From Squalus acanthias (lineage: Eukaryota), in assembly GCA_030390025.1 (NCBI GenBank), contig CM059432.1, forward strand, positions 8,866,001-8,930,000: DNA of 64,000 nt, written 5' to 3'. The position numbers and the translations under genes were made by a program. The notes under the pieces are model-generated. The model was given only the letters and a program-made list of their open reading frames with translations. It made no database searches and was not told the origin of the DNA. Shown here piece after piece: positions 38,346 to 51,210 of the stretch. How positions within the stretch are numbered: the stretch's first letter is position 1; the number at the start of each line of letters is the position of its first letter.

Positions 38346-41300
38346 TTTTTTTTATTCGTTCACAGGATGTGGGCGTCGCTGGCAAGGCCAGCATTTATTG
38401 CCCATCCCTAATTGCCCCTTGAGAAGGTGGTGGTGAGCCGCCTTCTTGAACCGCTGCAGTCCGTGTGGTGAAGGTACTCCCACAGTGCTGTTAGGGAGGG
38501 AGTTCCAGGATTTTGACCCAGTGACGATGAACGAACAGCGATATATTTCCAAGTCAGAATGGTGTGTGACTTGGAGGGGAACTTGCAGGTGATGATGTTC
38601 CCATGCGCCTGCTGCCCTTATCCTGCTAGTGCTGTTGGGGAGGGTTTAAACTAGCTTGGCAGGGGGATGGGAACCTAAGTATAGAGTCAAAAGGGAGGCA
38701 AGAAAAACTGGAATTGGAAAACAAAAATGTAGAAAGTAAATTGGAAGGACAGAGGAATCAAGGGCTAGATAGTAGTCAACAAGGAGGTTTGCCTGTACTA
38801 AATGGTATATACTTCAATGCAAGGAGTATAGCGAACCAGGCAGATGAGCTGAGGGCACAGGTAGATACTTGAGACCATGATATTATAGCTATTACAGAGA
38901 CGTGGCTGAAAGAGGGGCAGGTATGACAGCTCAATATTCTTGGTTACAGGATTTTCAGATGGGATAGAGAGGGAGGTAAAAAGGGAGGGGGGGTCGCGGT
39001 ATTGATTAAAGAAACTATTACAGATGTGAGGAGGGATGATATGTTGGAGGGATCATCAAACGAGGCCATATGGGTCGAATTGAAAAACAAAAAAGAGGCA
39101 ATCACACTGCTGGGAGTGTACTACAGACCCCCAAACAGTGAGAGGGAGATAGAACAAATATGTAGACAAATATCTGAGAAGTGCAAAAACTATAGGGCAG
39201 TAATAGTAGGGGATTTCAACTGCCCCAATATTAACTGGGATAAAATTATTGTGAAGGGTACAGAGGGTGCGGAATTCCTAAAATGCATCCAGGAGAACTT
39301 TTTTAGCCAGTATGTAACAAGCCCAACAAGGGAGGGGGCGGTTCTGGACTTAGTTTTAGGGAAAGAAGCTGAGCAGGTAGAAGGCGTATCAGTGGGGGAG
39401 CATTTTGGTGCTAGTGACCATAATTCTGTTAGATTTAAGGTAGTTATGGAAAAGGACAAGGATAGATCCGGAATAAAAATTCTAAATTGGGGAACAGCAA
39501 ATTTTGCTAAGCTCAGAGGGGATTTAGCCATAGTGGACTGGAAACAGCTACTTGAAGGTAAATCAGTGTCAGAGCAGTGGGAGGCATTCAAGGAGGAGAT
39601 CCGGAGGGTTCAGACCAAATATGTGCCCTTAAAGAAAAAAGGTGGGACTAACAAATGTAGAGCCCTGGATGTCTTGGGACATACAGGGTAGGATAAAGAA
39701 AAAAAGGGAGGCGTATGACAGATACCAAGGGCTAAATACTGCAGAATCTTTCGAGGAGTACAGAAAGAGCAGGGGTGCAATTAAAAAGGATATTAGGAAA
39801 GCAAAGAGAGAGCATGAAAAATACTTGGCAACTTAAATCAAGGAAAACCCAAAGATGTTTTATAAATATATTAAGAATAAGAGGATAACTAAAGAAAGGG
39901 TAGGGCCTATTAGAGATCATGAGGGTAATCTGTGTGTGGAGGTGGGAGACGTCGGTAGGGTTCTTAATGAATGACATTGCTATCAGGGGGGAGGAGTGTG
40001 AAATATTACATGAAATAAACATAGTGAGAGAGGAAGTATTAAGGGGCTTAGCAGCTTTAAAAGTGGATAAATCCCCAGGCCTGGATGAAATGTACCCCAG
40101 GCTGTTAAGCGAAGCAAAAGAGGAAATAGCAGAGGCCCTGACCATCATTTTTCAATCCTCTCTGGCTTCAGGTGTGGTGCCGGAGGACTGGAGGACTGCT
40201 AATGTGGTACCCTTGTTTAAAAAGGGAGAAAAGGATAGATCGAGTAATTACAGGCCAGTCAGCCTAACCTCGGTGGTGGGAAAATTATTGGAAAGAATTC
40301 TGAAGGACAGGATAAATCTTCATTTAGAAAGACACGGATTAATCAAGGATAGTCAGCACGGATTTGTTAAGGGAAGGTCGTGTCTGACAAACTTGATTGA
40401 ATTTTTTGAGGAGGTAACAAGGAGGGTAGATGAGGGTAGTGCGTTTGATATAGTGTATATGGACTTTAGAAGGCTTTTGATAAGGTTCCACATGGCAGAC
40501 TGGTCATGAAGTTAAAAGCCCATGGGATCCAGGCAAAGTGTCTAGTTGGATTCAAAACTGGCGGAGACAGGAAGCAGAGGGTAATGGTTGATGGGTGTTT
40601 TTGTGACTGGAAGGCTGTTTCCAGTGGGGTTCCGCAGGGCTCAATACTAGGTCCCTTGCTTTTTGTGGTATATATCAATGATCTAGACTTGAATATAAGG
40701 GGTATGATTAAGAAGTTTACAGATGATACTAAAATCGGCTGTGTGGTTGATACTGAAGAAGGAAGCTGTAGACTGCAGGAAGATATCAATAAATTGGTCA
40801 GGTGGGCAGAACAGTGGCAAATGGAATTTAACCCGGAGAAGTGTGAGGTAATGCATTTGGGGAGGGCTAACAAGGAAAGGGAATACACATTAAATGGTAG
40901 GACACTGAGTAGTGTAGAGGAACAAAGGGACCTTGGAGTGCATGTCCACAGCTCCCTGAAGTTAGCAGGCCAAGTAGATAAGGTGGTTAAGAAGGCATAC
41001 GGAATGCTTGCCTTTATTAGCCGTGGCATAGAATACAAGAGCAGGGGGGTTATGCTTCAACTGTATAAAACACTAGTTAGGCCTCAGCTAGAGTACTGCG
41101 TGCAGTTCTGGTCACCACATTACAGGAAAGATGTGATTGCACTCGAGAGGGTACAGAGGAGATTTACAAGGATGTTGCTGGGAGTAGAGAATCTTTGCTG
41201 TGAGGAAAGATTGGATAGGCTGGGTCTGTTTTCCTTGGAACAGAGGAGGCTGAGGGGAGACCTTATTGAGGTGTATAAAATTATGAGGGGCATAGATAAA

Positions 41301-41910
41301 GTGGATAGAAAGGACCTATTTCCCTTAGCAGAGGGGTCAAAAACCAGGGGCGCAGATTTAAAGTAATTGGTGGAAGGTTTAGGGAAGATTTGAGGGGAAA
41401 TTTCTTCACCCAGAGGGTTGTTGAGGTCTGGAACTCACTGCCTGAAAGGGTGGTAGAGGCAGGAACCCTAACCACATTTAAAAAGTACTTGGATGTGCAC
41501 TTGGGATGCTCTAACCTGCAGGGCTACGGACCAAGAGCTGGGAAGTGGGATTAGGCTGGATAGCTCTTTGTTGGCTGGCGCGGACACGATGGGCCGAAAT
41601 GGCCTCCTTCCGTGCTGTAACTTTCTATGATTCTACGATTCTATCCTTCTAGGTGGTAGAGGTCGCGGGTTTGGGAGGTGCTGCCGAAGGAGCCTTGGCG
41701 AGTTGCAGCAGTGCATCTTGCAGCCACGGTGCGCCGGTGGTGGAGGGAGTGAATGTTTAAGGTGGTGGATGGGGTGCCAATCAAGCGGGCTGCTTTGTCC
41801 TGGATGGTGTCGAGCTTCTTGAGTGTTGTTGGAGCTGCACTCATCCAGGCAAGTGGAGAGTATTCCATCACACTCCTGACTTGTACCTTGTAGATGGAGG
41901 AAAGGCTTTA
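38345..41910 (-). mobile_element. 3' fragment of a second poly(A)-tailed CR1-group LINE, split by the CR1 insertion
   Basis: MEYSPLAWMSAAPTTLKKLDTIQDKAARLIG at 41641-41871; continues across the TSD at 38345-38624. Confidence 0.8.
38625..41641 (+). mobile_element. CR1 LINE, nearly complete ORF2 (APE + RT), decayed
   Basis: APE (39002-39691), RT motifs (KSPGLD, NYRPVSLTS, QHGF, GVPQGS, FTDD), 3' UTR with TTCTATGA-type tail; TSD tatcct (38619-38624, 41642-41647); stops, frameshifts and an internal deletion near 39972. Confidence 0.95.
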
Positions 41911-42133
41911 TATAAAAGCAAACGCTTTCTTCCTTTCTTTTATTTTTGCCGGAGAACTATGCCCAATCTGTACGGGGTACATCTGCTGTTTGTTGCTGAG
42001 TCACAATGCACCTACATCAGCCAGGAATGCAGTTCTCTCCTAACGTGTTGACAAGCTTCTCTTGGAGGTTCCTGCATGCGAAGAATGCGGTAGACGTACA
42101 TGTGTTCTTTTATCCCGTATCTATACACCCTAC

Positions 42134-42315
42134 AGCCGAGAAATTCGTCCCGGGCGGTGGCACAATACGGGCGTTATCGGATCGGCCCATTATACGCAGC
42201 ACCTGATATTCAGTTCTATTCACTGCAATGGACTGACTATCAGCCGCTGTGTATAACGGGCGGCCGATCCGATACCGCCCGCTTTGCACCACCGCCCGAG
42301 TCTAATTTCTAGGCC
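42134..42315. mobile_element. Short Harbinger-type MITE
   Basis: TIR AGCCGAGAAATT / AATTTCTAGGCC, TSD tac, internally quasi-palindromic. Confidence 0.6.
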
Positions 42316-42405
42316 TACCTGTTTGCCAGGCACTAATGGCTTAACTTATCTCTGTAAGATTTAAAGTCAATTTTAAAAGTGGTAGGGAATGCCAAAGTTT
42401 GTTGG

Positions 42406-42943
42406 TGTTAGGGTGAAAATTATAGGGCTTAAAGCAGCAACGTAAAGAGTTAAAGAATGTGCTGTAAAAGGTAAACTCGTAAATACAGAATGGTTTCGCT
42501 GACACAGTGCGATGAGTAATGTCTGTGGTCAACATGCGTATGTGCGAGACAACTTGAGGCCCACCAAGGAGGACAATAATAGCACAACGGTTACACTTGA
42601 GAACCAATCACCGCATGACCAGCCAGTCCGGCCGGACAGATGTGACGCAACATTCTCTATGTTTGTAGTTTCGGAAGGGAAGTAACAAGAAAATTTAGCT
42701 TAAAGTGCAGATTATAATTAAGGAGCTTGTTGCTGGGGGAATGTGATTGGGTGAAGACATTTGTATGTAATGAATTGCGTACCCGACCCTATAATGTATA
42801 AAAGAAGTCCCGATACCACTGTAACGACGAGAAGTGGATCATTATACTGCGGGGTTTATGGCTCTTCTCCCAGAGCACTCTGTTAAATAAACTGTGATCT
42901 TCTGCTTTGAGACAGACTCGAGTGAATTCATTTTTCACCAACA
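42406..42943 (+). mobile_element. Solo LTR
   Basis: TG...CA termini with inverted ends TGTTAGGGTGAAAA / TTTTCACCAACA, 5-bp TSD gttgg/attgg (1 mismatch), CCAAT about 42604, TATAAAA 42797, AATAAA 42886. Confidence 0.7.
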
Positions 42944-44829
42944 ATTGGCATTCATAAATTGTTCCCTCTCTGTGATGGTTCGTATCTGGGTCTAGCCTGA
43001 TTGCCGCCCCCCCCCCCCCACCCCCACCCCCCGATTTGCAATGTCCCACATAGGTTCCCATTTCATCTATTTGACTCCTTCTCGGCTTGTCAGCTTATTG
43101 CCACGTTCATCCTGAGTTTTACCATCAATACGAATTTCGCCCACGTGGCAGAGAACATCATTCAGACCCTTGAAGCACTTGTGGCATTTTTTTCTTTGGG
43201 AACATGCTGGCACAGGTGAAGTTCTGAATTGCACGCACTCGGCACAGTCTTGGCCTGTTTGGTTAATAAGGCAAAATCATTTTGGCGGCGGCATTACTCG
43301 TGTCAACTTTGAGAAAAGGTTGGTCCCGAAAGAGTCGTCCTATCGGTTGGTCAACCGTCGTTGGTGGGTGGGTTTCTCAACAAATAGATTGGGGGACAAA
43401 TAAAGGCTTGTCTGTTTTGCTTACGCCATGTCAGTGCAACATTCCGTCTCCTCATCCACGCCCTCTGTTCCCATACAGCTCAGTTCTCCCTTTGTGTTGG
43501 ACGTTAATGATATCTGACTTGAGCTTTTAAGTGGTCTCGCATTCCATTTTCCCCAGGCATTGAATAGTTTGGCAAATTGCTGTTGGTGTTGTGTCTTTCA
43601 GAGTCCATTGTATTGATTGGTTTCGCGTAGGGCCAAATCCAATCTTATCCGTAAGGACCCACAGAAACATCTGCTCCAGTTTCAACGTTGAACTCGACTG
43701 GATGGCTATTAAGTAATAGGTTCACTGTCCATGTTCTGTCGTGTTTCAATGGTATTTACGACTGCAAAAAAAAAAGTTTCTTCAAACACATCTCTCACAA
43801 CATAACCTTCATTCGCAAACGTTTCTGTATTGTCCTTTCTTTTGAACATATACAACATATGGCTTGTCTAATTAAGCAATTATCCCTGAGATGGATCGGC
43901 GGTTTATCATGCTGCATAAATAACTTGGTTAAAGGAGCTTTTGGCTTTGTTCTTGGCTTCATTGTCGGGGATTTGCCTGCTTCCTCTTGGTTCTGTGTAG
44001 ACATTAGATCCTGTGGAGGGGATCTCTCCTTTGCTTCTTAAATGTTTCTTTTTGTTGTATCTGATTAATAGCTTTCTCAACGTTCAATTCAGAACTGCTT
44101 AGAGCCTTTCAGAGACCAACGCCTAGATGGATCATTTCATCATGTGTATCGCTGGAGCTCCACAAGGCATACAAGGATGAATCAACTGGTTAAACTTGGC
44201 TCATTTGAATCTTACATTTCTATATGCCAGGAACTGTTTTCTAATATCTCTTTTACAACTTTGTATTTTGTCAGTCTGAAGGAGTGCATGATGCTTTCTG
44301 CATTATAACACCTTTGTTACTAATTCCAATGTCTGCTTGAACCTTTTAAGATGTCTTATCCATTTTATCCTCTAGTCTGGGTGCGCAAAATCAATTTTTT
44401 CTGTTCGATTTAATTAATAAGCATGCCTTTATTGCACGTGCGGTTCGACAATACTATAACCTATTTACAGTACACACATATCCTGTGCACGCATTAGTAC
44501 CTTTATGTACCGTTCATTTTTTTCTCTGGATCTCAAAATATTTCAGTTTTTACCGCAGTGTATTTACAAGCTTGCTACGTTGTGCATCTTCTCATACCTT
44601 CTCTCTTGCTGAAGGTCCTTATTTCCTTTTTTAGGGTGCTACTGTTCTTGCAGTGGGAAAGCCTTTCACTGACGTTTTTTTCAATATCTGACATAAAGCA
44701 ATCCTGAAATAAAAAGTTCAACAAATCTGTCAATAAAGAATGCTGGGGCAAGGAAATGAAAAAGACTGCCGGCCTGTTTATAAGGCATTGTTTTTCGGTG
44801 GCATTACTCGAGAAGAGCAAAGAAAAAAA

Positions 44830-45430
44830 AGAAAGACTTGCATTTCTATAGCGCCTTTAAGAACATAAGAATTAGGAGCAGGAGTAGGCCATTCGGCCCC
44901 TCGAGCCTGCTCCGCCATTCAATAAGATCATGGCTGTTCTTCAACCTCATCTCTACTTTCTCGCCCGCTCCCCATATCCCTCGACGAAAGGTCATCGACC
45001 TGAAACGTTAACTCTCTTTCTCTCTCCACAGATGGTGATTACTTCCAGCACTTTCTGTTTTTATTCCCCATATCCCTTAGTATCCAAAATCTATCGCTCT
45101 CTGTCATGAATATACTCAATGACTGAGCCTCCACAGCCCTCTGGGGTAGAGAATTCCAGAGTTTCACAACCCTTTGAGTGACAAAATTTCTCCTCATCTC
45201 AGTCCTAAATGGCCGCCCCCTTATTCTGAGACTGTAACCCCCAGTTCTTGACTCCCCAGCCAGGGGAAACAGCCTCTCAGCATCTACCCTGTCAAGCCCT
45301 TTAATTATTTTAACAACCTCAGAACCTTCCTAAGCGCTTTACAGCCAATGAAGTACATTTGAAGGGTAGTCACTGCTGTAATGTAGGACATGCAGCAGCC
45401 AATTTGCGCACAGCAAGCTCCCACACACAG
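44830..45430 (-). mobile_element. DeuSINE tail containing a CR1 tail (about 44860-45300), which itself contains the 44982 insert
   Basis: Three-level nesting read directly from the junctions. Confidence 0.75.
44982..45064 (+). mobile_element. 83-bp 5'-truncated copy of the 28787 element
   Basis: 13-bp TSD tccccatatccct (44969-44981, 45065-45077); starts inside the hammerhead core (GACGAAAGGTCATCGACCTGAAACGTTAACT). Confidence 0.7.
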
Positions 45431-45559
45431 CAATGCAGAACATCTGGCCAACATTCTGTCTCCAAACAACAGCATCAAAAAGAAAACACGATCACTCCTC
45501 TCTTTGCAGTTTGTGGGATCTTGCAGCTACATTTGCCAAGATAACTCCAAAAGTAATTG

Positions 45560-45688
45560 GGACTAATTTTGACTTTATGCGATAGTGTAAAACGAGTGTT
45601 AGTGAATCGGCTGCCCGTTTTACATCTCTACTGATTTAAATTTCCATTGCAGTCCATTGTACTATATCACAAAGTCAAAATGACCCCC
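45560..45688. mobile_element. Short MITE (similar decayed copies near 51550-51685 and 55690-55770)
   Basis: GGGACTAATTTTGACTTT ... AAAGTCAAAATGACCCC inverted ends. Confidence 0.5.
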
Positions 45689-46514
45689 ATTGTGTGAGCT
45701 TCTTTGAGATGCATTGATGAAATGATAAGGAATTATATGTATGCAAGTATTTTATTTATAAAATAAATCCCTCAACTGAAATCTTCTGAATCAATTCAAA
45801 GATAACTCCCCTATCTTGATGGCTCAATGAGTTTATCCAGCGATTAGGTGAACCATAGAATTACAGCACAGAAACAGGCCATTCAGCCCAAGAGGACTAT
45901 GCTAGTGTTTATGCTCCACACGAGCCTCCTCCCACTGTATATACTTTCAAGTATTATCAAATATATACTGTATTTCGATTATATCCATGGGTCAATATTC
46001 ACTACCATCTACACCCCAAATCTTGATGAATCTTTAAACATGTCCTCTGGTAAATATTACAACTGATTTGAATCAATGCTCCTTTTAGAAAGGCTACAGT
46101 TCCCGTTCTGTATTAATTTTTTAGGCTCTTCCAAAATTACCTTCTATAAATGGACAGCGATTACACTTGTTCGGATAGTTTTAACAAAAAGGTGCCATTC
46201 AAAGGGAATGACTCTTGCTGGAAAGTACAAATAAGATATCAGGGTTAGAATTGCTTGCTGTACCACCAGCACCATCCTTCCCCTATTCTCCCCAACACTC
46301 ACTATCTGGCCTCGTACATGGAGATCGGCCAGTAAGACAAGACCAGAAGATGATCTATCAATGCCTGTGAAACTGTAGCCCAACATTAGTCACAACCTTC
46401 AGGAGAACAGGGAAGATTTATTTCTTAAATCGTGTAAGAATAGATTTTGCATTTGTCCAAATTACACATGGATGTGATTGGATGTATATATCCTGTGATG
46501 ATTTCCCTTTCTCT

Positions 46515-47043
46515 TTCTACATTACAACAGTGACCACACTTCAAAAGTACTTCATTGGCTGTAAAGAGCTTTGGGACGTCCTGAGGTTGTGAAAGGCGCT
46601 GTATAAATATAAGTCTTTCTTTTCTTTCTTTCTGTCTTTCTTTCTTTCTGTCTTTCTTTCTAAATCTAGGCTGACACTCCAGTGCTGTACTGAGGGAGTG
46701 CTGCACTGTCTGAGGTGCTGTCTTTCCAGATGGGATGTGAAACCGAGACCCCGTCTGCTCTCTCAGATGGGCGTAAAAGATCCCACGGCATTATTCCAAA
46801 GAAGAGCAGGGGAGTTATCCCCGGTGTCCTGGGGCCAATATTTATCCCTCAATCAACATAACAAAAACAGATGATCTGGTCATTATCACATTGCTGTTTG
46901 TGGGATCTTGCTGTGCACAAATTGGCTGCTGCGTTTCCTACATTACAACAGTGGCTACACCTCAAAAGTACTTCATTGGCTGTAAAGCGCTTTGGGACAT
47001 CCTGAGGTTGTGAAAAGCGCTGTAGAAATGCAAGTCTTTCTTT

Positions 47044-47140
<97 letters not shown>
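46515..47140 (+). mobile_element. Tandem DeuSINE fragments with expanded (TTTC)n tails
   Basis: SINE tail 46515-46660 followed by a headless copy 46662-47140. Confidence 0.8.
47041..47137 (+). repeat. (TTTC)n microsatellite
   Basis: About 95 bp pure tetranucleotide run grown from a SINE tail. Confidence 0.95.
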
Positions 47141-47142
<2 letters not shown>

Positions 47143-47668
47143 GTATTTAACACGGTTGAATAGGTTAAAATATGGTGGTACACTACCAAAGTCCTTTTAA
47201 TGGGGACGGGTGGGGTGGGGGCTGGGGGGTTGCTGGTGGGAGAGAGGGGAGAGTAAAGTATATTGTCGCAATTGTATGCCTCTAAGTAGCACTAACACTA
47301 CGATGCCAATTGCTGATGTTCTTCAGTGGTGAGGTAATGGGAATAAACACGGCTTACATTGTAATATTTTTCAATGTAGATCTACAGGTGGGCCAGAAAA
47401 AAGCCACTGCAATCCTAATTGTTTCCCACCAAGCAATAATACAGTAACACAGCACAGCAGCAGTGTGTGCGTCTGAGCACCTTGAGTGCTGCTACTGAAG
47501 CCAAGCTATTTGCATTCTGAAAGTATTAGTTCCACGGACATCACTTCTCGAAACCAAAGGGCAGGAGCTTCCTCCATTGTTTAATGATATTATTATCATT
47601 GCTCCACTGTTTACACGATGTAATCTGTATAAACTAGCATTAAAAAAAAAATTGGACAACAACAAAAA

Positions 47669-48222
47669 CATATAAGATTCTGAGGGGGCTTGACAGGGTA
47701 GATGCCTTATTTAAGGAAGGATATACTTGCATTGGAGGCAGTTCAGAGACGATTCACACGGTTAATTCCAGAGATGAGGGGGTTGACTTATGAAGAAAGG
47801 TTGAGCCTATACTCATTGGAGTTTAGAAGAATGAGAGGGAATCTTATTGAAATATATAAGATTCTGAAGGGGATTGACAGAGTAGATGCAGAGAGGATGT
47901 TTCCCCTCGTGGGGAAATCTAGAACTCAGGGGCATAGTTTCAGAATAAAGGGTCGCCCTTTTAGAACTGAGATGAGGAGGAATTTCTTCTCTCAGAGGGT
48001 CGTAAATCTGTGGAATTCTCTGCCCCAGAGAGCTGTGGAGGCTGGGTCATTAAATACATTTAAGGTGGAGATAGACAGATTTTTGCAAGATAAGAGAGTG
48101 AAGGGTTATGGGGAGCGGGCAGGGAAGTGGCTTTAAGCCCAAGATCAGCCATGATCTTGTTGAATGGCGGAGCAGGCTCGAAGGGCCAAATGGCCTATTC
48201 CTGCTCCTATTTCTTATGTTCT
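47669..48222 (+). mobile_element. CR1 3' fragment
   Basis: ORF 47702..48136. Confidence 0.85.
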
Positions 48223-48232
48223 TATCTTCAAC

Positions 48233-48375
48233 CAACGTTCCCTGTGAGCTGCGCTTTGTGCCGCGCGGCCTGTTTCTTTTAATGCGCGGTCCCTTGCAAT
48301 TTCAAAAGCCGTCGAGCGGCCCGCGCGGGACCTTGCGGGTCACTGCGCGGCCGCGCAGCTTAGCGGGAAACGTTG
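48233..48375. mobile_element. hAT-like MITE, same family as 33807
   Basis: CAACGTTCCC...GCTGCGC / GCGCAGC...GGGAAACGTTG inverted ends. Confidence 0.55.
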
Positions 48376-49554
48376 ACAGCAGCTAGACCCGACTTCGGAA
48401 TAATGGCGCTTCTACATGTGTTGTTTTTTTTTTTCATACGTCCGCGCTCTCCAGGCCTCCCTCGAACCTTTCTGCGGGCGGGGCGCTAGTTCTGTTCCTG
48501 ATTCGGTTTCAAAGGACGGGAGACAGTTCAATGCAATCTCGGAATAAAGGTGGCAGAAGCGTGTGTCGATATCGAGGTGATCCACAACAGCCCTCATTCT
48601 GAAGACACACGACTTGTGCAAATAAAGCATTTATTTACTTGAGGGAAGCTAGCAGGGTAGACAGGTAGAATGGCCAGCGGCAGAGGGTGGGAGCCGGACC
48701 ATAATATTATACCAGGGCAAAGAATAAGTCTGAGCCAGGTTGGTGCTTTATGTCAGATTGACAGTGTATTGATTCTAACAATATAGAAGTCACTCATGGC
48801 CAAAGATAATACATTTAAATCCTTTTTGAAAAGCTTTTGCTCACAAAAGGACAACTTGCGCCATCAATTAGACTGACAGGCGGAGGAGCAGGCTTTTTCC
48901 AGGCTGTATTTTTCCCTTGTCTATTTTAAAAACATTGAATTGCGAAGGGGGCAGAATGAGATGAGCCAGTTAATTCCGACTGACTCGAAAGCAGAGCAGT
49001 GCAGCTGTTTTTATTTTTTTTGCAGGGTTATTTCCTGCACTCTTTTGGCACTTGGCTTTTAGAGTCAGTCAGCTGCCCTGCTGGGAGCGGTGGGAGATGG
49101 AGGAGAAAATGTATTCCGTGCTCATTCTTTACACAGATTATATAGGACCCACCAACAGGCGCACTGACAAATTACATGTATCCAAATAATCAGGTTTTTT
49201 TTTTTTAGCTTTTAATACATTCAAATCGCAGTCGCACCATTTACAGGAAAAAATATTTCTCCCTGCCATAGTGCAAAAAAAAAGCTATTTGTTTCATTTC
49301 TGCCCAGGGAAATCTGTCACTAAGCATGTTCCTACCTTTATGTTGTATCCTCTCTCCAGCTGTTTCTTTGCCTAATGAAATTTCGAGATCCTCGTCATTA
49401 CCTGAAGAGCACGGCGGACATTTTATTAAAGAAATTCAACTTCTAATCCTCGTCCTTTCTCTTCTTTTGAATCCGGAACCAAGTGCTAATTTTTTTCAAA
49501 TAATGTAAGTTGCGGTTACAAACACGAGATTGCAATTCAATCTCGAATGGTCGA

Positions 49555-50390
49555 ACAAAGCACATGGGATCTTGGGCTTCATAAATCGAGGTATTGAGTA
49601 CAAAAGTAGAGAAGTTATGCTGAACCTTTATAAAGCGCTGGTTGGGCCACAACTGGAGTATTGCGTCCAGTTCTGGTCACCACACTTTAGGAAGCATGTA
49701 AAGGCCCTTGAGAGGGTGCAGAGGAGATTTACCAGAATGGTTCCGGGGATGGAGGATCTTAGCTACAAGGACAGGCTGGATTTGTTCTCATTAGAGCAAA
49801 GGAGGTTGAGGGGTGATTTGATAGAGGTGTACAAGATTATGACAGGTTTGGATAGGCTAGACGGGGAAAGGCTGTTCCCACTAGTTGATGGTACAAGGAC
49901 TAGGGGACACAGATTTAAGGTTTTGGGCAAAAGATGCAGGGGGGATGTGAGGTAGTGGAGCGGGCCCAGGGACCGTGTAGCCTGATTCTGCTCCTATTTC
50001 GTGTGTGCAATTCTGTTAGATGCAGGAGATGGTTCTGTGATAGATAGTAGATTGGCGGTTAGGATCAGATCAGCCGTGATCTTATTGAATGGCGGAGCAG
50101 GCTCGAGGGGCCGATTGGCCTACTCCTGCTCCTATTTCTTATGTTCTTATGTTCTTATGTTTACGCAGCGAGTGGTGAGGACCTGGAACTCGCTGCCGAC
50201 GGACGTGGTGGAAGCGGAGACACTCAGTGTTTTCAAGGGGAGACTGGATAGTCACTTGAGAGAAATAAAACTTGCAGGGCTACGGGGATAGAGCGGGGGA
50301 ATGGGACTGATTGGATTGCTCTGCAGAGAGCCGGCACGGACTCGATGGGCCGAATGGCCTCCTTCTGTGTCGTTATGACTCTCTGACTCT
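49555..50390 (+). mobile_element. CR1 3' fragment with nested CR1 tails
   Basis: ORF 49530..49955; resumes at about 50160. Confidence 0.85.
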
Positions 50391-50729
50391 ATAACTAAAT
50401 AACTACAACAACAACAACAACAACTTGCATTTATATAGCGCCTGTAACTCAGTAAAGACCTCCCAAGGCGCTTCACCGGAGCCTTATCGTACAAAATTTG
50501 ACCAGTAAAAAAAACACCTGAACAATTATGACTAACAACAGGTTTCTATTCTGAATACGGTTTTTTCCCTTTCTCTAGAAGATGCAGATGTGTGAAAAGA
50601 TCAGCAGCTCAGTTTTCTTGCTCTCCTCTTCATGAGGTAGTTTTCTTTCACACTTTCGAACATCCAGCACACTGATTATAAATGTACAGAAAAAAGAATA
50701 TCACTTTATAACTTGGCAGTCTATTGAAA

Positions 50730-51210
50730 GAAGAAAGACAGACTTGCATTTCTATAGCGCCTTTCCCGACCACCGGACGTCCCAAAGCTCTTTACAGCCA
50801 ATGAAGTACTTTTTGAAGTGTAGTCACTGTTGTAACGTGGGAAACCCGACAGCCAATTTGCGCACAGCAAGCTCCCACAAACAGCAACGTGATAATGACC
50901 AGATAATCTGTTTTTTTTTTGTTATGTTGGTTGAGGGATAAATATTGGCCCCAGGACACCGGGGATAACTCCCCTGCTCTTCTTCGAAATAGTGCCAGTG
51001 GGATCTTTTACGTCCACCTGAGAGAGCAGACGGGGCCTCGGTTTAACGTCTCATCTGAAAGACGGCACCTCTGACAGTGCAGCGCTCCCTCAGCACTGCA
51101 CTGGAGTGTCAGCCTAGATTTTTGTGCTCAAGTCCATGGAGTGGGACTTAGACCCCCGCAACCTTCTGACTCAGAGGTGAGAGTGCTACCCACTGAGCCA
51201 CGGGTGACAC
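50730..51210 (-). mobile_element. DeuSINE, full length
   Basis: Reverse complement of the 4695 family; further copies at about 52380-52800(+) and 60922-61340(+). Confidence 0.8.

Noticed and set aside
46962..47189. KKER-repeat ORF
   Set aside because: Translation of the (TTTC)n microsatellite.
47669..47704. Short internal CR1 segment repeated in front of a CR1 fragment
   Set aside because: Ordinary 5' junction rearrangement or remnant of a second insertion.
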